A stretch of DNA of 64,000 nucleotides from the human T2T-CHM13v2.0 reference genome, Homo sapiens. The translations under genes and the position numbers were made by a program. Position 1 is the stretch's first letter; each line of letters starts with the position of its first letter. The DNA is taken from NCBI RefSeq assembly GCF_009914755.1, contig NC_060939.1; one strand, 5' to 3'. The notes under the pieces are model-generated. The model was given only the letters and a program-made list of their open reading frames with translations. It was not told where the DNA came from and searched no databases. This document shows, piece after piece, positions 49,893 through 64,000 of the stretch.

Positions 49893-50473
49893 CGACTGGA
49901 CAGAAAGGGTAATCCCTCTTTTTAGTTTCTGCTGTCTGTGACCCGAAAGAATAAACCTGGGACTTCCGGAAGCCCTCTGGGCACCCCCCCCCCCCCAGGA
50001 GGGTTGCAGAGCCCCTTGGTGTACCCAGCAGAGGAACGCCTCAGACTTTGTTGGGAAACGAATGGCTCTGAAAGTTAGCTGAAGCCGCTGGAATAGCCCC
50101 CCAGCCCCGAGGCGGGGCAGGTGCCTGCCGTTATTGGCTTTTCGACCCCAACCCTTTTCTATCTGGAGCTGCCTTTGTAGATGTTGCAGGGGTGCCCCGA
50201 GAGTGCAGGCCAGATTTTAGAGGACCAAGGTCATCTACTTAGGCCTCTTGCCAACACAGGATGTGTCAACTAGTTTACCAGAGACGAAGGTAAAGTCCCG
50301 TCTCCTGCAGTTGTTGACGTTCAGTAGGTCGTCGGTTAAGAAAAGTGGCTCCCTGGTTGACCCCAGCTGGATAGAGGCTAATTTTGATCCATATGACAGC
50401 TGAACGTAGTTAAAGCCATTAAAATTAAATCCATTTAAAGTCATATTTGGTACCAGGGTCACCATTTTAAAAG

Positions 50474-50481
50474 GTGTGTGT

Positions 50482-50513
<32 letters not shown>

Positions 50514-50514
50514 A
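50474..50514. repeat. (TG)n microsatellite
   Basis: Direct reading. Confidence 0.95.
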
Positions 50515-50671
50515 TAGCTTTACAACACTTGCTAGCAAAGCCAAAAGAGTATCACTAACAATTCATAGTGTTACAACTTGCAACTTTGTTGATAAGCCCT
50601 TGAAGTACTAGATGAGTACCCATGTCTAGTATTCAGATTTTTTATATCAACAGTCGTACATAGCAGTGTAT

Positions 50672-50821
50672 CTTTTTTAAATTTATTTTTATTTTTAAAC
50701 TTAGAAATGGTGTCTTGCTATGTTAGGCCCAGGCTGGTCTCGAGCTCCTGGCCTCAAGTGATCCTCCCACCTCGGCCTCCCAAAGTTTTGGGACTACAGG
50801 CATGAGCCACAGTGCTCGGCC
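50672..50821 (-). mobile_element. FLAM_C
   Basis: Reverse monomer; TSD AGCAGTGTA at 50662-50670 and 50822-50830. Confidence 0.9.
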
Positions 50822-52111
50822 AGCAGTGTAATTTTTAACTGTCAGTCTCGGAACATCTTTTTTGTATAGCCAAGTGTGTGGGTGTGTGTGTGTATCCGCC
50901 TCACAACTATAACCAACCATTGAAAAACCAACAATAAGCTAGAAGAATTTAAGTTATTCCAGGACAACTGATGATAATGATAGTATTAAGCCATATTCGA
51001 TTTTAAGATGTTTTAACTCAGCTCTTTACTCACTTTTCATTTCCTCTCATTACACATCCACATTTGGAAACTATTTGCTGTTATATTTCATGGAAAGGAC
51101 TAGTAAGAATTATAATCTTTAAAAAAATTTATCTTCGCAAGTTTTCAAAATAGGCAACAAAGAATGTAAATCTTTAAGGACTTTATTGTTGGACTAATTA
51201 AAGCATACCATTTCTACTATATCTAGCATATGGAGATACTTATAGGTATTCTTCCTTTTAAGTAGAAATTGACAATAAATTAAGTGTAATTTTATAATGG
51301 CCTGGTGTATCAAAGTGTGGCGGAAATCCCTGAGTTCCAAAAAGATTAAAGACCGAAGGGAAATAAGTCTGCTTTTACCTAGATGTCAGAATGACTATTC
51401 ATTGCTTTACTGAGATCAAGGAGGATCTTAATTCCTCCTGGAGAAATTACGTATATCCGTTTTAGTTCATTAATTTTAAATCTGTATTCTTATGTGTGAC
51501 ATTAGTATTAGAATTCTTTCAAGATTTCACTGTGCTTTTTGTTTTATCCATTTTCAAATTTAGAAATGTTTGCTCATCAAACTTACCAACATAAATACTT
51601 TCAGGAATCCTTAAGATACTAGCAGTGTTCCACTTCCCTATACACCTGTTTATATGAAAAATAAAAAAATTCTCCCATATCAGACCCATGTGTTTTTTTT
51701 TTTTTAGGTGTGTTTTTCCCAGAAAAACAACTTTGTATCTACTAAGTGAACAGTGATTTCTTCAGACTTTTCTAGTCCAAATGAGACCCAGTAGTTTCTA
51801 ATAATTTTCTCATTTCAGGTATACAGTAAAAAGAGCAATTTAATTTTATAAGCATCTGCATCAATGCCTTGAGCAAACTTTGAGCTAATGTTTACCCAGA
51901 ACTATTTATGTGTCATATGTTGGACTACTTGAACTACTATTTATGTGCCAGACCTTGGGAAACAATAAAAGATGAACAATCTCTATCCCTGCCCTCAAGA
52001 ACTTGCAGTTCCAGAGGAAGTCACACCTGTAAGATTGGACACTTTTTCAGAGTAACCCAACACTTCATTGAGCATGGGGGGTACCTAGTAATATGTATCT
52101 GCTAATACTAA

Positions 52112-52427
<316 letters not shown>

Positions 52428-52869
52428 AACAAACTTTTTTTTAAAGGAAACATTTTGCCCTAAATTGCTGGTGAAGTTGTTTTTTGACAGAGCTGTTTTA
52501 TTGCTGAAGATTTCTTATTGATGCCAGTCATAACAGATGAATCAAAATGCAAGAACAACTTTTTTTACTACTCAGCATGCCCCAGGATCAGAAATAAGTC
52601 AAGAGCATGGAAGAGACAAAATTCAGATATGGTGGGATAGAAGTCACGGTTGCTATTTTTAGGCCACATCCAAATGTTACACACTCAACTTCTGAAAAAC
52701 ACTAAGCTTTCAATATATGAATAGCTCCCATTATTTAAGAAATACTGTTAAGCAAACTTAGCTCCATGAAGAACACTGGCATATGATAAGTGCTCAGTAA
52801 ATGTTAGTGCTTAGTAGTGGTAGTAGTAGTAGTATATGTATCATTGTTTAGTACTGCACACATCAGGCA

Positions 52870-53720
52870 TGAACTCCTACATACCCCCACCCTTATGCCT
52901 GCAGACCTGTCTAAATTTGCATTCTTTCTGACCTCGAGTCTTAAGGTAGAAGCCATCCTTCTGTCCTTTCTACAGGTAATTTTTATTTCTTGAGGGAAGA
53001 GAGATTGACTCAAGACTCTTACTCCCTTAAATATTCCCACTCCTGTTCATAAATTCTCCCTCTACTTTGTCCCTTCTATTTAGAAAAGCTGTCTATACTT
53101 AGATTGCTATTACCTTCCAAATTCCTCTTCAACTACAGAAATTTAGCAGCTCCCTCCATTTTACTGTATACATTGCTTGTATCAATTTCACTGTGGCATA
53201 ATGGCCAAATTGAAAGGTTGCTTCTCAGTTTTCATAACATCTGATCTCTCTGCAGCCTTCCACACTGCTGACCACTGCCTCCTGGAAACTGCTCCCTTGG
53301 TTCTGTCACCTTACATTCTCTGCTCTTCTGCCTTGTCTTAGGCCACTCTTTCTCAGGTCTCCTGTGCAGAATCCTCCCTCCCCATTCTTGGTTCTCTGCC
53401 TACCATGTTATAATCTTTGACAGTACCATTTACGTATACTCTTCTATCACTTATTTCAGTCAGGAATCAAGTCTGAATCTTGAACACAGATCTCAGTCAG
53501 AAGCATCAGACACAGTATCTTCAACCCCTTATTGGAAACCTGTACTGGGTGTTCTACAGGCACCTCAAGCTCAACATGATTAACATCAAACCCCTGAGTT
53601 TGTTCTGTCTTCCACCATGGACTGAGATGTGATAACAGTGCAAAGGAGCAGGTTTTGGGAGAACAAGCAGGAATTTAGTTTTGGTAATGTTAAATTTGAG
53701 ATACCTGTTGGATATCTGTT
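52870..53720. mobile_element. L2 fragments (both orientations)
   Basis: caggcacctcaagctcaacatg; gaatttagttttggtaatgttaaatttgagatacctgttggatatc. Confidence 0.7.
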
Positions 53721-53986
53721 GTACAAACTGCTTCCTAGCTGACTCTTATGCATTCTGCTCTTTATCCATGATAATAGAACATCTAGCCAGACACATGGTT
53801 GCCTATAATACACCCTTAAGTGTGGCCATATCTCTTAAGTTCTGGCCAGTAGGATGTGAGCAGAAATTATGTATGCAACTTCCAGATCATTTTCTAAAAG
53901 AAATTGGGTGTCACTTGCCCTTTCTTTTGTCCTTTTCTGATGAATGTATGTATTAAATAGTTGGGGTAGTAAACCATGTTGAAAGA

Positions 53987-54373
53987 TGCTGTGGTTTCAA
54001 TGATGGTGTCCCCTTCAAAATTCATGTTGAAACTTAATCCCCATTGTGATGATACTAACAGCTGATGAAATCATGAGGGCCCTGCCTCATGGATGGATTA
54101 ATACCTTGTAAAAGGACTGGAGGGAACTAGCTTAGGCCTTCTTTTGCCCTTCCATCCCTTTAGCCACACGAGGACACAGCATTCACCCCCTCCAGAGGAT
54201 ATAGCAGTAAGGTCCCACCTTGGAAACTGCAGCCCTCACCAGACACTAAACCTGCTGGGGGTCTTGAGCTTGTACTTCCCAGCCTTTAGAACTGTGAAAA
54301 AGTATATTTCTGTTCTTCACAAATTTCCCAGTTTCAGGTATTTTGTTACAGCAGCATAAACAAGACTAAGACA
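53987..54373 (+). mobile_element. MSTC/MLT1A-type MaLR LTR nested in an older MLT1 LTR (~53720-54545)
   Basis: tgctgtggttt...aaaattcatgttgaaacttaatcccca...ttttgttacagcagcataaacaagactaagaca. Confidence 0.85.
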
Positions 54374-54759
54374 CTGGGAAACATTCTAGGGATTGCAGAG
54401 CAACAAGTTGGGGCCCTGAGGACTTCATTGGGCAGGTCCTGTGTACCAGGTCAACTCTGATGTAAGACAGCTACTAACTTCTATGATCTGCCATGGTTAT
54501 TCTAAATCCCTTTAACTGCAGCTGACCTTGTGTCTTAATATCCAAGCAAAGATATCAGGAGGCAGTTGGATGTGGAAGTCTAGAGTTAGAGGAGAATGAA
54601 ACCAACTCATCTTACATTCTTTGACTTGATTGGTGACTCTACCATCTATGGCGGTCCACAGTCATAATAATGGTAGCAATCCTGGATTTCTTCCTTTCCC
54701 TCACTCTCCTGGCAATTAAGAGGCAAAGTTGTATCTCTCTAAAGAATTGGCTTTAGAAT

Positions 54760-56410
54760 TAGTGTAGCAAAGTAGCTGAGAGCACAGGCCCCCAACTTAC
54801 TGGCAAGTGCACAGATACCAGGCAAGATTGTAAACCCCTTTCTGATTTAGTTTCCTCATCTATAAAATGGAGGTGTAGGGATTAAGTGTTAATGTACATA
54901 AAGTTCTTAGAATAATGCTGGGCACATAGTACAACTCAACAAAGGCAGGCTTCCCCCCGCCCCACGCAAATCCCAGTTCTGCCAGTTACCAGAAATACAA
55001 CCTTGAGTACCTCAATTGGTGTCTGTTTCCTCTTTAGGAAAGTGGGAAAAAATAATAGTACCATCCTCATAGGACCATTGTAATCCTTCATTCATCTATT
55101 CAGTACATATTTATTGAATGGATATGTGCGAGCACTGTTATCAGTGCTGAGAATACAGCAATGAACAAAAACAGTCTACCTTCATGGAGTTTGTGATCCA
55201 TGGAGGAAGAAAACCAACACATATGTGTTATGTCAGAATATGATATGTTAAGGAGAAATACAAAGCAAGGCAAAGGGAATAGGGAGTGCTACAGGAGTTC
55301 CGTCATGCCGAGTGGCCAGGGAAGATCTTATTGAAAAGAATTCGTTTAATCAGAGGCTTGACAGAAGTGAGGAATGAACTGTGGAAATACAAAGGAAACA
55401 ACCTTCTAGACAGAGGGGGCCCTGAAGCAGAAAGGTGCCTAGAGTCATCTAGGAACAGTAGCAAGGCGTTGTGGCTAGAGAGAGAAAGGAGGAGTTGAAG
55501 ATGAGCTCAGAGAAGTCACAGTGGGTCACAGCCTGGAGGACTTTTTAGCTTTTCCTAAGAACTTAGGTATTTGTGCTGAATGAGGTGGGAAGCCTCTGGA
55601 AGGGTTTGAGAGAGTTATGACAAGATCCATAGAATAACTCTAGCTACTGTGTGGAGAATGGACAAAGATAGTGCATATGAGGTGTTTAGTGCCTGACACA
55701 TGGGAGGTGTTCAATAAATGGTAATAAGCAATATCATCATCATCATTATCATAACATCCATTTCCTTCTGTATATTTCCACTGCTACTACCTTAATTTAG
55801 ACCCTTAGTGTTTAGACCCGTTGTGTTTCTGAACTAGACTGTAAGTTCCAGAAGGGTAAGATCATATTACCTCATTCACTATTTTAACCCCAACATTCAG
55901 AGAATGCTGGTTCATATTATACTACTTTCCTGCCAAATGTCCTCATCACAGTATGTTTTCTTAAGAAACATGTGTTATCACCTTGCTGCCTTTCTTAACT
56001 CTATCAGTGGCTCACCATGGCCTTCTGAATAATGTCTAAACTCCAAAAACGGCCCATTGGATGTGGCCTCTGCCTCCATTCCAGCCCCATCTCCCACTTC
56101 CCACATGAATGTATTGCTTAGGCAATACTTAAGCTTGAGAGTCATTTGGAGCTCTTTTGCATGCAGTTTATTCTACCTTTTAGACAAGTTCAAGCTCCTC
56201 CTCTGAGAAGCCTTTCAGATCTACTCAAGGAGGGTCATTGCTTATACCTCTGTGTGCCCTCCGCATACTCGATGTATGTGCTTAGCACTTCTGTCTTCTC
56301 TTAAGCTTCTTGAGAGAGGAGAGCACCCTTGACTTCTTGTGTTCCCAGTATCTATCTCAATGGCTAAAACCTGGTAACTCCTCAAAAAAGGTTTGAATGA
56401 GTGAATCGGG
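54760..56410. mobile_element. MIR and L2 fragments
   Basis: agtttcctcatctataaaatgg; cattcatctattcagtacatatttattgaatg. Confidence 0.7.
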
Positions 56411-58204
56411 CTTTGTGAGTGTAAAAGTTAAGAACTGAGACCAGCATGTCTAATAGAGGGCCCCTTTACTGAGCTAACATGTAATAAAGTAGTGTATCTT
56501 TGAATGTTTCATTTTTCAGCTATGTCAAGTAGAGATACAAAGTGCAGTAGTGCCTGCTTATACAATTCAGTGGGAACAGAAAAATCAGGCAAATGAAATA
56601 AATGTAAGAAATCTTAACTTCTTGTCAATTCCAATAAATATGCAACAATAAAGTATTTTAATTAGAACCGTGGTATATGAAGTATAAAATTAAGATATTG
56701 AACAAGATGATCTATGAAGTCCTTCTAAAGCTATGACTTTTTCAACCACCAATTTCACGAATTGCCTCTATAGCCAAGACTACACAAGAAGTTACTGGAG
56801 CAAAAACCTGGAAGTCTATCAAATCATGCTTTGACCTTGGTCATCCCAATCTCTTTGTGCCTGTCTTAACCCAGCTGGAGAGTAGGTGGAAAAGGGAAGC
56901 ATTTCATTGAACACCAGCTGCTGCTGCTGCTAATCTGAGCTGTTCTGAATAAAACAGTTCCACTTGAATCAATGAAGCAGCCCTTAGAAATTGTTTCTTT
57001 CTGACATGCGCATCATTTGAGTTATTTGAAGTCATTCCTACTACAGTCCATATCTCTAATTCCATTTTAAATACGTATCATACTGATTCTAACACAGACT
57101 CTAACAAAATGATTTTTAAATCTAAGGAAATGCATTGATTCAATTAAATCTTAGTATTAAAGATGGTACAGACATTCTACACTTATTGTTTTTCTTCAGA
57201 ATCTCTCAACTGAAAAAAACATCTGACTAGGGAAGAATCATGAGTATCATTTATAATTGATACACTATTTTGTTTTAGTACTGCTTGAGGCCCACATACA
57301 GAACACAAAATTCTGTTATCAAAATGATAAATGTTACTATGTGGATTCTTTGGCATTGCTTCAAACAAAATTTTATACTTAAAGTCTGACTTTTTAAAAT
57401 TATTGATTTTACTTTTATTTTGTAACATTAAATTAGCATACTACATATGGAAAGACCAAGATTTTTAAAGATAGTAATATAGTTATCATTTATGATATAC
57501 AAATTTTATATTGCTTCTTTTTTTTAAGTTACTGCTAAGCATAGTACTGATTGCATCCATATTTCAGTACTTACCACAAAGTTCCTGAAAGGACAGTACA
57601 TTTCTGCAAATTAAATTTGTACACTCATTAGGTGCCAGTTGTTTAAATAAATCTCATTAATTCATACAACATTCTTGGATATTATATACTTTATGGATTA
57701 GAAAATTGAGCTTAGAGTAAGTAAGCAACTTGCCCATGTCTTACAGCTAAAAACTAGTAGTGCTAGGATTTAAACCCACAGGTGTATGTGTGTGCGCTCT
57801 TATTGTAGCATGTTGCTTTCCTAGAAAACAAAAATTTCAAAAATATATTTCATTGAAATGTTTCCTCATTCAATAATCCCTTTTTTCATTGCTTCGTAGC
57901 AATCTTATAATATACTCAAATTATTACCCCAGCAGAAAACTCATTTTTTATACTCTCCATTCAAGACTGGGCATCTGGGAGTCTCAGCCATCTTCATCTG
58001 CCATCAGTCCTTTCCAGCACTCTGTCCTGATTATGTGATACTGAGTCAGCTACTTAATTTATTTCAACCTTGATTTCTTCATTTGTAAAGGGGATAATAT
58101 TGTGATGAGAAAAGAGATAACATGTTGCTAAGGACTTATTTTGTGCCTTAAGGACTTATTAATAATTGATTAAGCTCAATAAATGATGAATGAATGGACG
58201 AAGT

Positions 58205-58610
58205 TGTCTTAGTTTGTGTTTCTCACGAAAACAGACCTTGAGACAATGATTTCAGTGCAAGTAATTTATTTGGGAGGTGATCCCTAGAAACACTGGTAAG
58301 AAAGTAAGTGAGTTACGGAAGGGAGGAAACCAAAAAGGGTGTATTATCAATCAAGTGTCCACTTTGGGCAACTGGAATTTGCTTATGTTGAAGAACTCTG
58401 GGAGCCAGTGTAGAACACACACTTCACAATTATCCTGTGAGTGTATAATGTTGTTATCCTCATCTGGCTGGCTTGCTGTGGTTGGGACACAGCAGCTCCA
58501 GCTGGTCAGAGAGAGCCCTAAGCAAGAAATGCAGGAGCTGGCAATTGAAACTAGGACTGGCATACAATACAGTAGGAAGATCCAGGGCACCAATCGCATT
58601 TGCCACACAA
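58205..58610. mobile_element. Old MLT1 (MaLR) LTR
   Basis: tgtcttagttt...aacagaccttgagacaatgatttcagtgcaagtaatttatttgggaggtgatccc. Confidence 0.7.
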
Positions 58611-59399
58611 ATGAACAAACGAGCCAAACTTGGTGAGTTGACTAGAGTTCAGGTCTGGCCCTCATGATTGCAGGCTTAGAAACTGATTTAAGCCAGCCCA
58701 CCAATCAAACTCACATTTAACAAACTCAAGAGATGGAATTATAAAATCGGAATGCCAGTTTATTGATTTAAATTGAAAAGTACCCATCAGAGGGACTGGA
58801 ATGCTGGAAAGGACTGGTATGCAGGTGACCAGAGCATTTTTTCCCTGTAAGAAGACACACAGGGTCCCCACATAACAGAAGCTTCTTAGGAAGCTTGAAA
58901 TCTAGACAAAGGGAAGTGACAGAACAGGAACTGAAAGAACTGGACAATTGATACCTGATACATTCAACTTCCGTGAAGCATCATTGACGGGAATGAGAGT
59001 ATGTTGAAGCTTTTGGGCAAATATCCCCTAGGAAGTTACAGCCAGACTTTCCTAGTCTGATTTTATCCAGTGTTTTCATTGATGACTAGCCCTTTTCTTT
59101 AGAAATGTCAGGCTTCCATTATATCTTGCAGGCCTGGAAGCCATTTCTCTTTTTTTTAAGTGACTTATAACAAACTCTGCTTTGGTCCATATGTGAATAA
59201 GCCAACAGGTTAACACCCAAAGGCAATCATATTTTCCTTTTTTTCCATATTTCTGTGGCATTTCTCACTATGTGTGCCAAGTGTCAACTGTACTATATTT
59301 TATTACCTGATTGTAATCTCCTCACATCTAGAAGTCCTTCAGTCTGAACTTCTTCATGACTTTCAAACCTACTAAACCTACTATCTAGTTCTCAGTAGC

Positions 59400-59569
59400 T
59401 TTTTTCCTATTTCTCTCTTTTTTTCAATTTATTTTATATATATATATTTAAGTAGAGATTAGGTTTCACTATGTTACCCAGACTGGTCTTGAACTCCTGG
59501 GCTCAAGCGATCCTCCCACTTCAGCCTCCCAAAGTGCTAAGATTACAGGCATGAGCCCCACACCCAGCC
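59400..59569 (-). mobile_element. FLAM_C / AluJ monomer
   Basis: Reverse Alu left monomer. Confidence 0.85.
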
Positions 59570-59957
59570 TCCCAATTTCCCTTTTATGTCAAACACTTCT
59601 CATATGAAACATGCCATAGTTTTTTGTACTTCCTTATTTCTTGGTCATTTTTTAAATCTAAAGAAAAGTTTAGAGCATAGTATAATCAATAACCATATTT
59701 TCTTTAGCTAGATGTCCTGGTAGTTTATATCTGGCCATATTTGTTCTATCTATCCATTTATCTGTTATCTCCAGCTATGGACCCATTTGTCATAAGTTAC
59801 AGACTTTGTAACACTTTATCCCTGTATCTTTTCCATAAGAACCAGGGCATTCCCATATATAACCATAAACCACATGCAATTTAACCTTGTTCTGGGTTAG
59901 CAGAGACATCTTCCTTAGCAGGCCAGTTTTATGATATGGTTCTGGGAAATGTTCTCA

Positions 59958-61010
<1,053 letters not shown>

Positions 61011-61069
61011 TGCCTGCCTAGACTAGTTACTATGGATTCTGTTGTCTCCAACCAACAAGTATTATTGAC

Positions 61070-62200
61070 ACAGAATTGATGACAAAAGATCCTTAAAGAA
61101 ATAGAAATCTGGGACTAGTGTCTGAAATGGATTTGAAAACAGTAAGTATCTAAGTAGTGCTGGCAGTGGGACAGTGGTCCATGGCACACAGTGACCAAAC
61201 AGTTAAATGATCTTTTGTAGTCAGCTGGACTAAAGTAGCTTTTGAAGGAAAGACTTTGATTTAAGAGATTGTGGTTCAAGTCATTAAGCAGGCCACGTGC
61301 AGTCTAATTTAGGAGGTGAAATCTTGCACAAAAGAGCTAGAGTAGCAATCTGAATAGTTTAGCCTACAGGGATCTTTGACAGGTGAATTGGTCATGAAGT
61401 CCCAAGGACTGAAATAGGTAATCAGTTTACTGTGTCCTTTTAGATAAGTACAATTCTAGTTCTGAGTAAACCAAAGCTTGACTTAAGCCACCTCAATAGA
61501 GATTCACAGCCCCTTGCCAAATCCCAAACCTCAGTCAGTTCATAGACACAGAGTCATGTGAGTGAAGGTGAGTCTGGGTACAGCTGAGGATAACCCAATA
61601 AGTTCATGCTGTATATTTTCCTTCTAGCCCTCCTGAAGGAGCTACGCGATCGTTTAGCAGAATAAATGTTCACCAAGGGAAAGGAAATATCCAGATCTTT
61701 CAGGGATTTGGGGGCACTGTCACTGAGCTAACATGTAATAATTCCTGGCGACCATAAAGACACTCTGGTCCTTCAAGCCTGATGAGGGCTTGTGAACATC
61801 AGTTGACATCATTTCTCAATGGGTCCAGTAGGTCCATAAGCCATCCTGTTAATTCCTCAGATCCTGAATGTGAGTTGTAATAGACATACTTGTTATCTGA
61901 CAAGATCCTCAGTTGTTCCACTGACCCATAGAATGAGGGACTCTCGTGATATAAACCTATGAACGTAGTCCTCTATTTGAAAAAAATAAACCAAAAGCAA
62001 TACCATGCCTCAAGGAGAATATTAGTGATTTAGTGCCACCACCTAAAATTGGGAAGACATAGGGGTGTTGCTTTCTACTACCTCTCCCACTTAACTTGGT
62101 TGTTTGGCTTGTGCAAAAAATCAGATGGATATTAGAGAATGACAGTGTGGATTATTGTAAGTCTAATCAGGTGGAGATTTCAATGGTAGCTGCTGTTCTT
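61070..62200 (+). mobile_element. ERVL-class internal remnant (gag/pro/RT fragments), preceded by an LTR end split by the MER21
   Basis: tggcttgtgcaaaaaatcagatggatattagagaatgacagtgtggattattgtaagtctaatcaggtg resembles the ERVL RT WPVQKTDGSWRMTVDY.KLNQV; heavily frameshifted. Confidence 0.75.
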
Positions 62201-62229
62201 TTCTTTTGTTGAATGGCTATCAACTCACA

Positions 62230-63975
62230 GACTGCAGACTGGTGAATCTTACGTAGAGTAAAAGAAAACCCCACTGAAGCACACCACAGTCAGACTGCTG
62301 AAAACCAAAGAGAATGAGATGACCCTAAATATGGTCAGAGAAATGAGACACATAACCTTTAAAGGAACAACAATAAAACTTACAGCTGACTTTTTATCAG
62401 AAATTATAGGTGCCAGGAGAAAATAGAAAGGCATCTCTGAAACCTGAAATAAAAAAAGCAGCCAACCTAACATTTTATACTCAGAGAAAATATTCTTCAT
62501 AAATAAATGTAAAATAAAAATGTTTTAGACAAAAATAAGTTGAAAATAGTCATGGCCAGCAGATTTTTTCTAGAAAAAATTTTAAAATAGACTCTTCAGG
62601 CTGAAAGAAAGTTATCCCAGATGAAAGCATAAAACTGCAAGAAAGAGAAATAAAGAGCACTGGATTGGGTAAATATATCTGAAAAATATAAACAAATAAC
62701 TGTTAAAAATAATTATGATGTATTGTGAAATATATAACATGGAGAAGTAAAAATATATGCCAGCAATAGCACAAAGACTGAGGACAGTGAATTGATTACA
62801 TGTGTTGTAAAGTTCTTGCACCCTCAGGAGGTGGTAAAAACAACTAGCTTAAGGTAGACTGTAGAACATAAGGAGTTTGTATTGAATCTCTAGCTAATTA
62901 TTAAAATATTCAAGAATAGCTAATAGAGGAGAATAATAGAATAGCAAAAAAGCTGATTATTCAAAAGAAGGCAGAAGAGAAAAAATATGAAATAAAAATA
63001 GATGGAGTTAATAGAAAATAAATAGCAAGACTGCAGATATAAATCCATCTATTTTATTTGTTATATTGTATATGTATAACTAAACATTTCAATTAAAGAC
63101 AGATTGTCACACTGCATACAAAAACAAGACTCAAGTATGTGCTATTGATAAGAAAGGCAGTTTAAATATAAGAACACAGTGAAATGGAGAGTAAAAGGAT
63201 AGACGTTATAACATGCAAACAATAGCTATAAGAAAGTTGATTATTATATAATATCAAGTTAATAGACTTTAAAGCAAGAAAAATCACTAGAAGAACACAA
63301 GAACATTTTGTAATAGTAAAACTGTCAATTAAACAGAAAAATCATAAAATATTCTGTATGTAATATTTCACCTATATGCACCTAATAGCTTCAAAATTTA
63401 TATTTCAAAGTGTAACAGAATTAGATGAGGAAACATCAAAATCATATAATAATAGTTGGAGATTTTCACACACACTTCTCAGTATTAGAACAGCTGTCAA
63501 AGCATCAACAGGAATATAAAATATTTGAACAACATGATTCATTAAATTAATCAAGTTGACTATGTAAGATACCACAGTTAACAGTTCTAGATCAGATTTT
63601 CTTTTTATTTACACAGGGAACAGTTACCAAAGTATACTGTATGCTGGCCCCTAATTTAAGTCCTAAAATTTTTTCAAATGATTGATAACATTTAGGTTGT
63701 ATTCTCTGACCACATCACAGTGAATTTAAACTGACAATTAAGAACAGAAAGGTAAGTAGACAAATTTCCAATAGCTTAGCAATTAAGCAGCACACTTCTA
63801 AATAACCCATTGGTAAAAGGATAAGTTACGGCAAATCTTCGAATCTTAGAAAATAGTTTGAATCGAATGATAATGCAGTATATCATATTAAAACCAGTTA
63901 AATGCAGCTAAAGAAGTGCTTACAGGAAAACTAATAGTTTTAAATAGAATCAAATTTCAAAATCAATTATCTAAA
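62230..63975 (+). mobile_element. Old L1M ORF1 end / ORF2 endonuclease region
   Basis: acagctgactttttatcagaaattatagg; ataatagttggagatttt; agcagcacacttctaaataacccat. Confidence 0.8.
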
Positions 63976-64000
63976 CCAGGGATCAGCACATTATTTCCTG

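Larger units (their letters stand above)
48780..50130. promoter_or_regulatory. UBE3A: CpG island / UBE3A promoter
   Basis: Abrupt switch to very GC- and CpG-rich sequence in an AT-rich, CpG-poor window. GC box GGGGCGGGGC 49731-49740, CCAAT (ATTGG 49832-49836, 50133-50137), palindromic ETS CTTCCGGAAG 49963-49972, no evident TATA box. Confidence 0.95.

Noticed and set aside
48563-49941. Many overlapping ORFs on both strands of the island
   Set aside because: GC-content artefacts; only AUGs inside spliced exon 1 or at YY1/TISU motifs were kept.
48780-50130. CpG island as an imprinting DMR
   Set aside because: Methylation cannot be read from sequence, and UBE3A imprinting is established to act through the antisense transcript rather than promoter methylation.

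Overview
Human (primate) genomic DNA. The window holds the 5' part of UBE3A (E6-AP HECT E3 ligase; imprinted Angelman/15q11-q13 locus) on the minus strand. This includes the CpG-island promoter and exon 1 (~49.1-49.6 kb), a ~26.5-kb first intron, and a cluster of small alternatively used 5' exons at 16.0-22.6 kb. Those exons encode the known N-termini MATACKR- (isoform 3) and MEKLHQCYWK- (isoform 2) and the shared SGEPQSDDIEASRM segment, whose final Met (isoform 1 start) is split by an intron running off the left edge. About 14 kb of upstream sequence follows the promoter. The rest is mostly interspersed repeats (Alu, L1, L2, MIR, MaLR/ERVL LTRs, DNA transposons), which explain almost all ORFs in the track. 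The most interesting signals are: (1) splice-junction-created uORFs and alternative starts, including two unannotated-looking in-frame N-terminal extensions; (2) a well-formed plus-strand exon candidate that overlaps the donor of a UBE3A cassette exon and could belong to UBE3A-ATS/SNHG14; (3) YY1/TISU-like AUGs at the promoter; (4) a palindrome-derived 38-bp AT-rich minisatellite. Repeat subfamily calls and boundaries were made by eye and are approximate.
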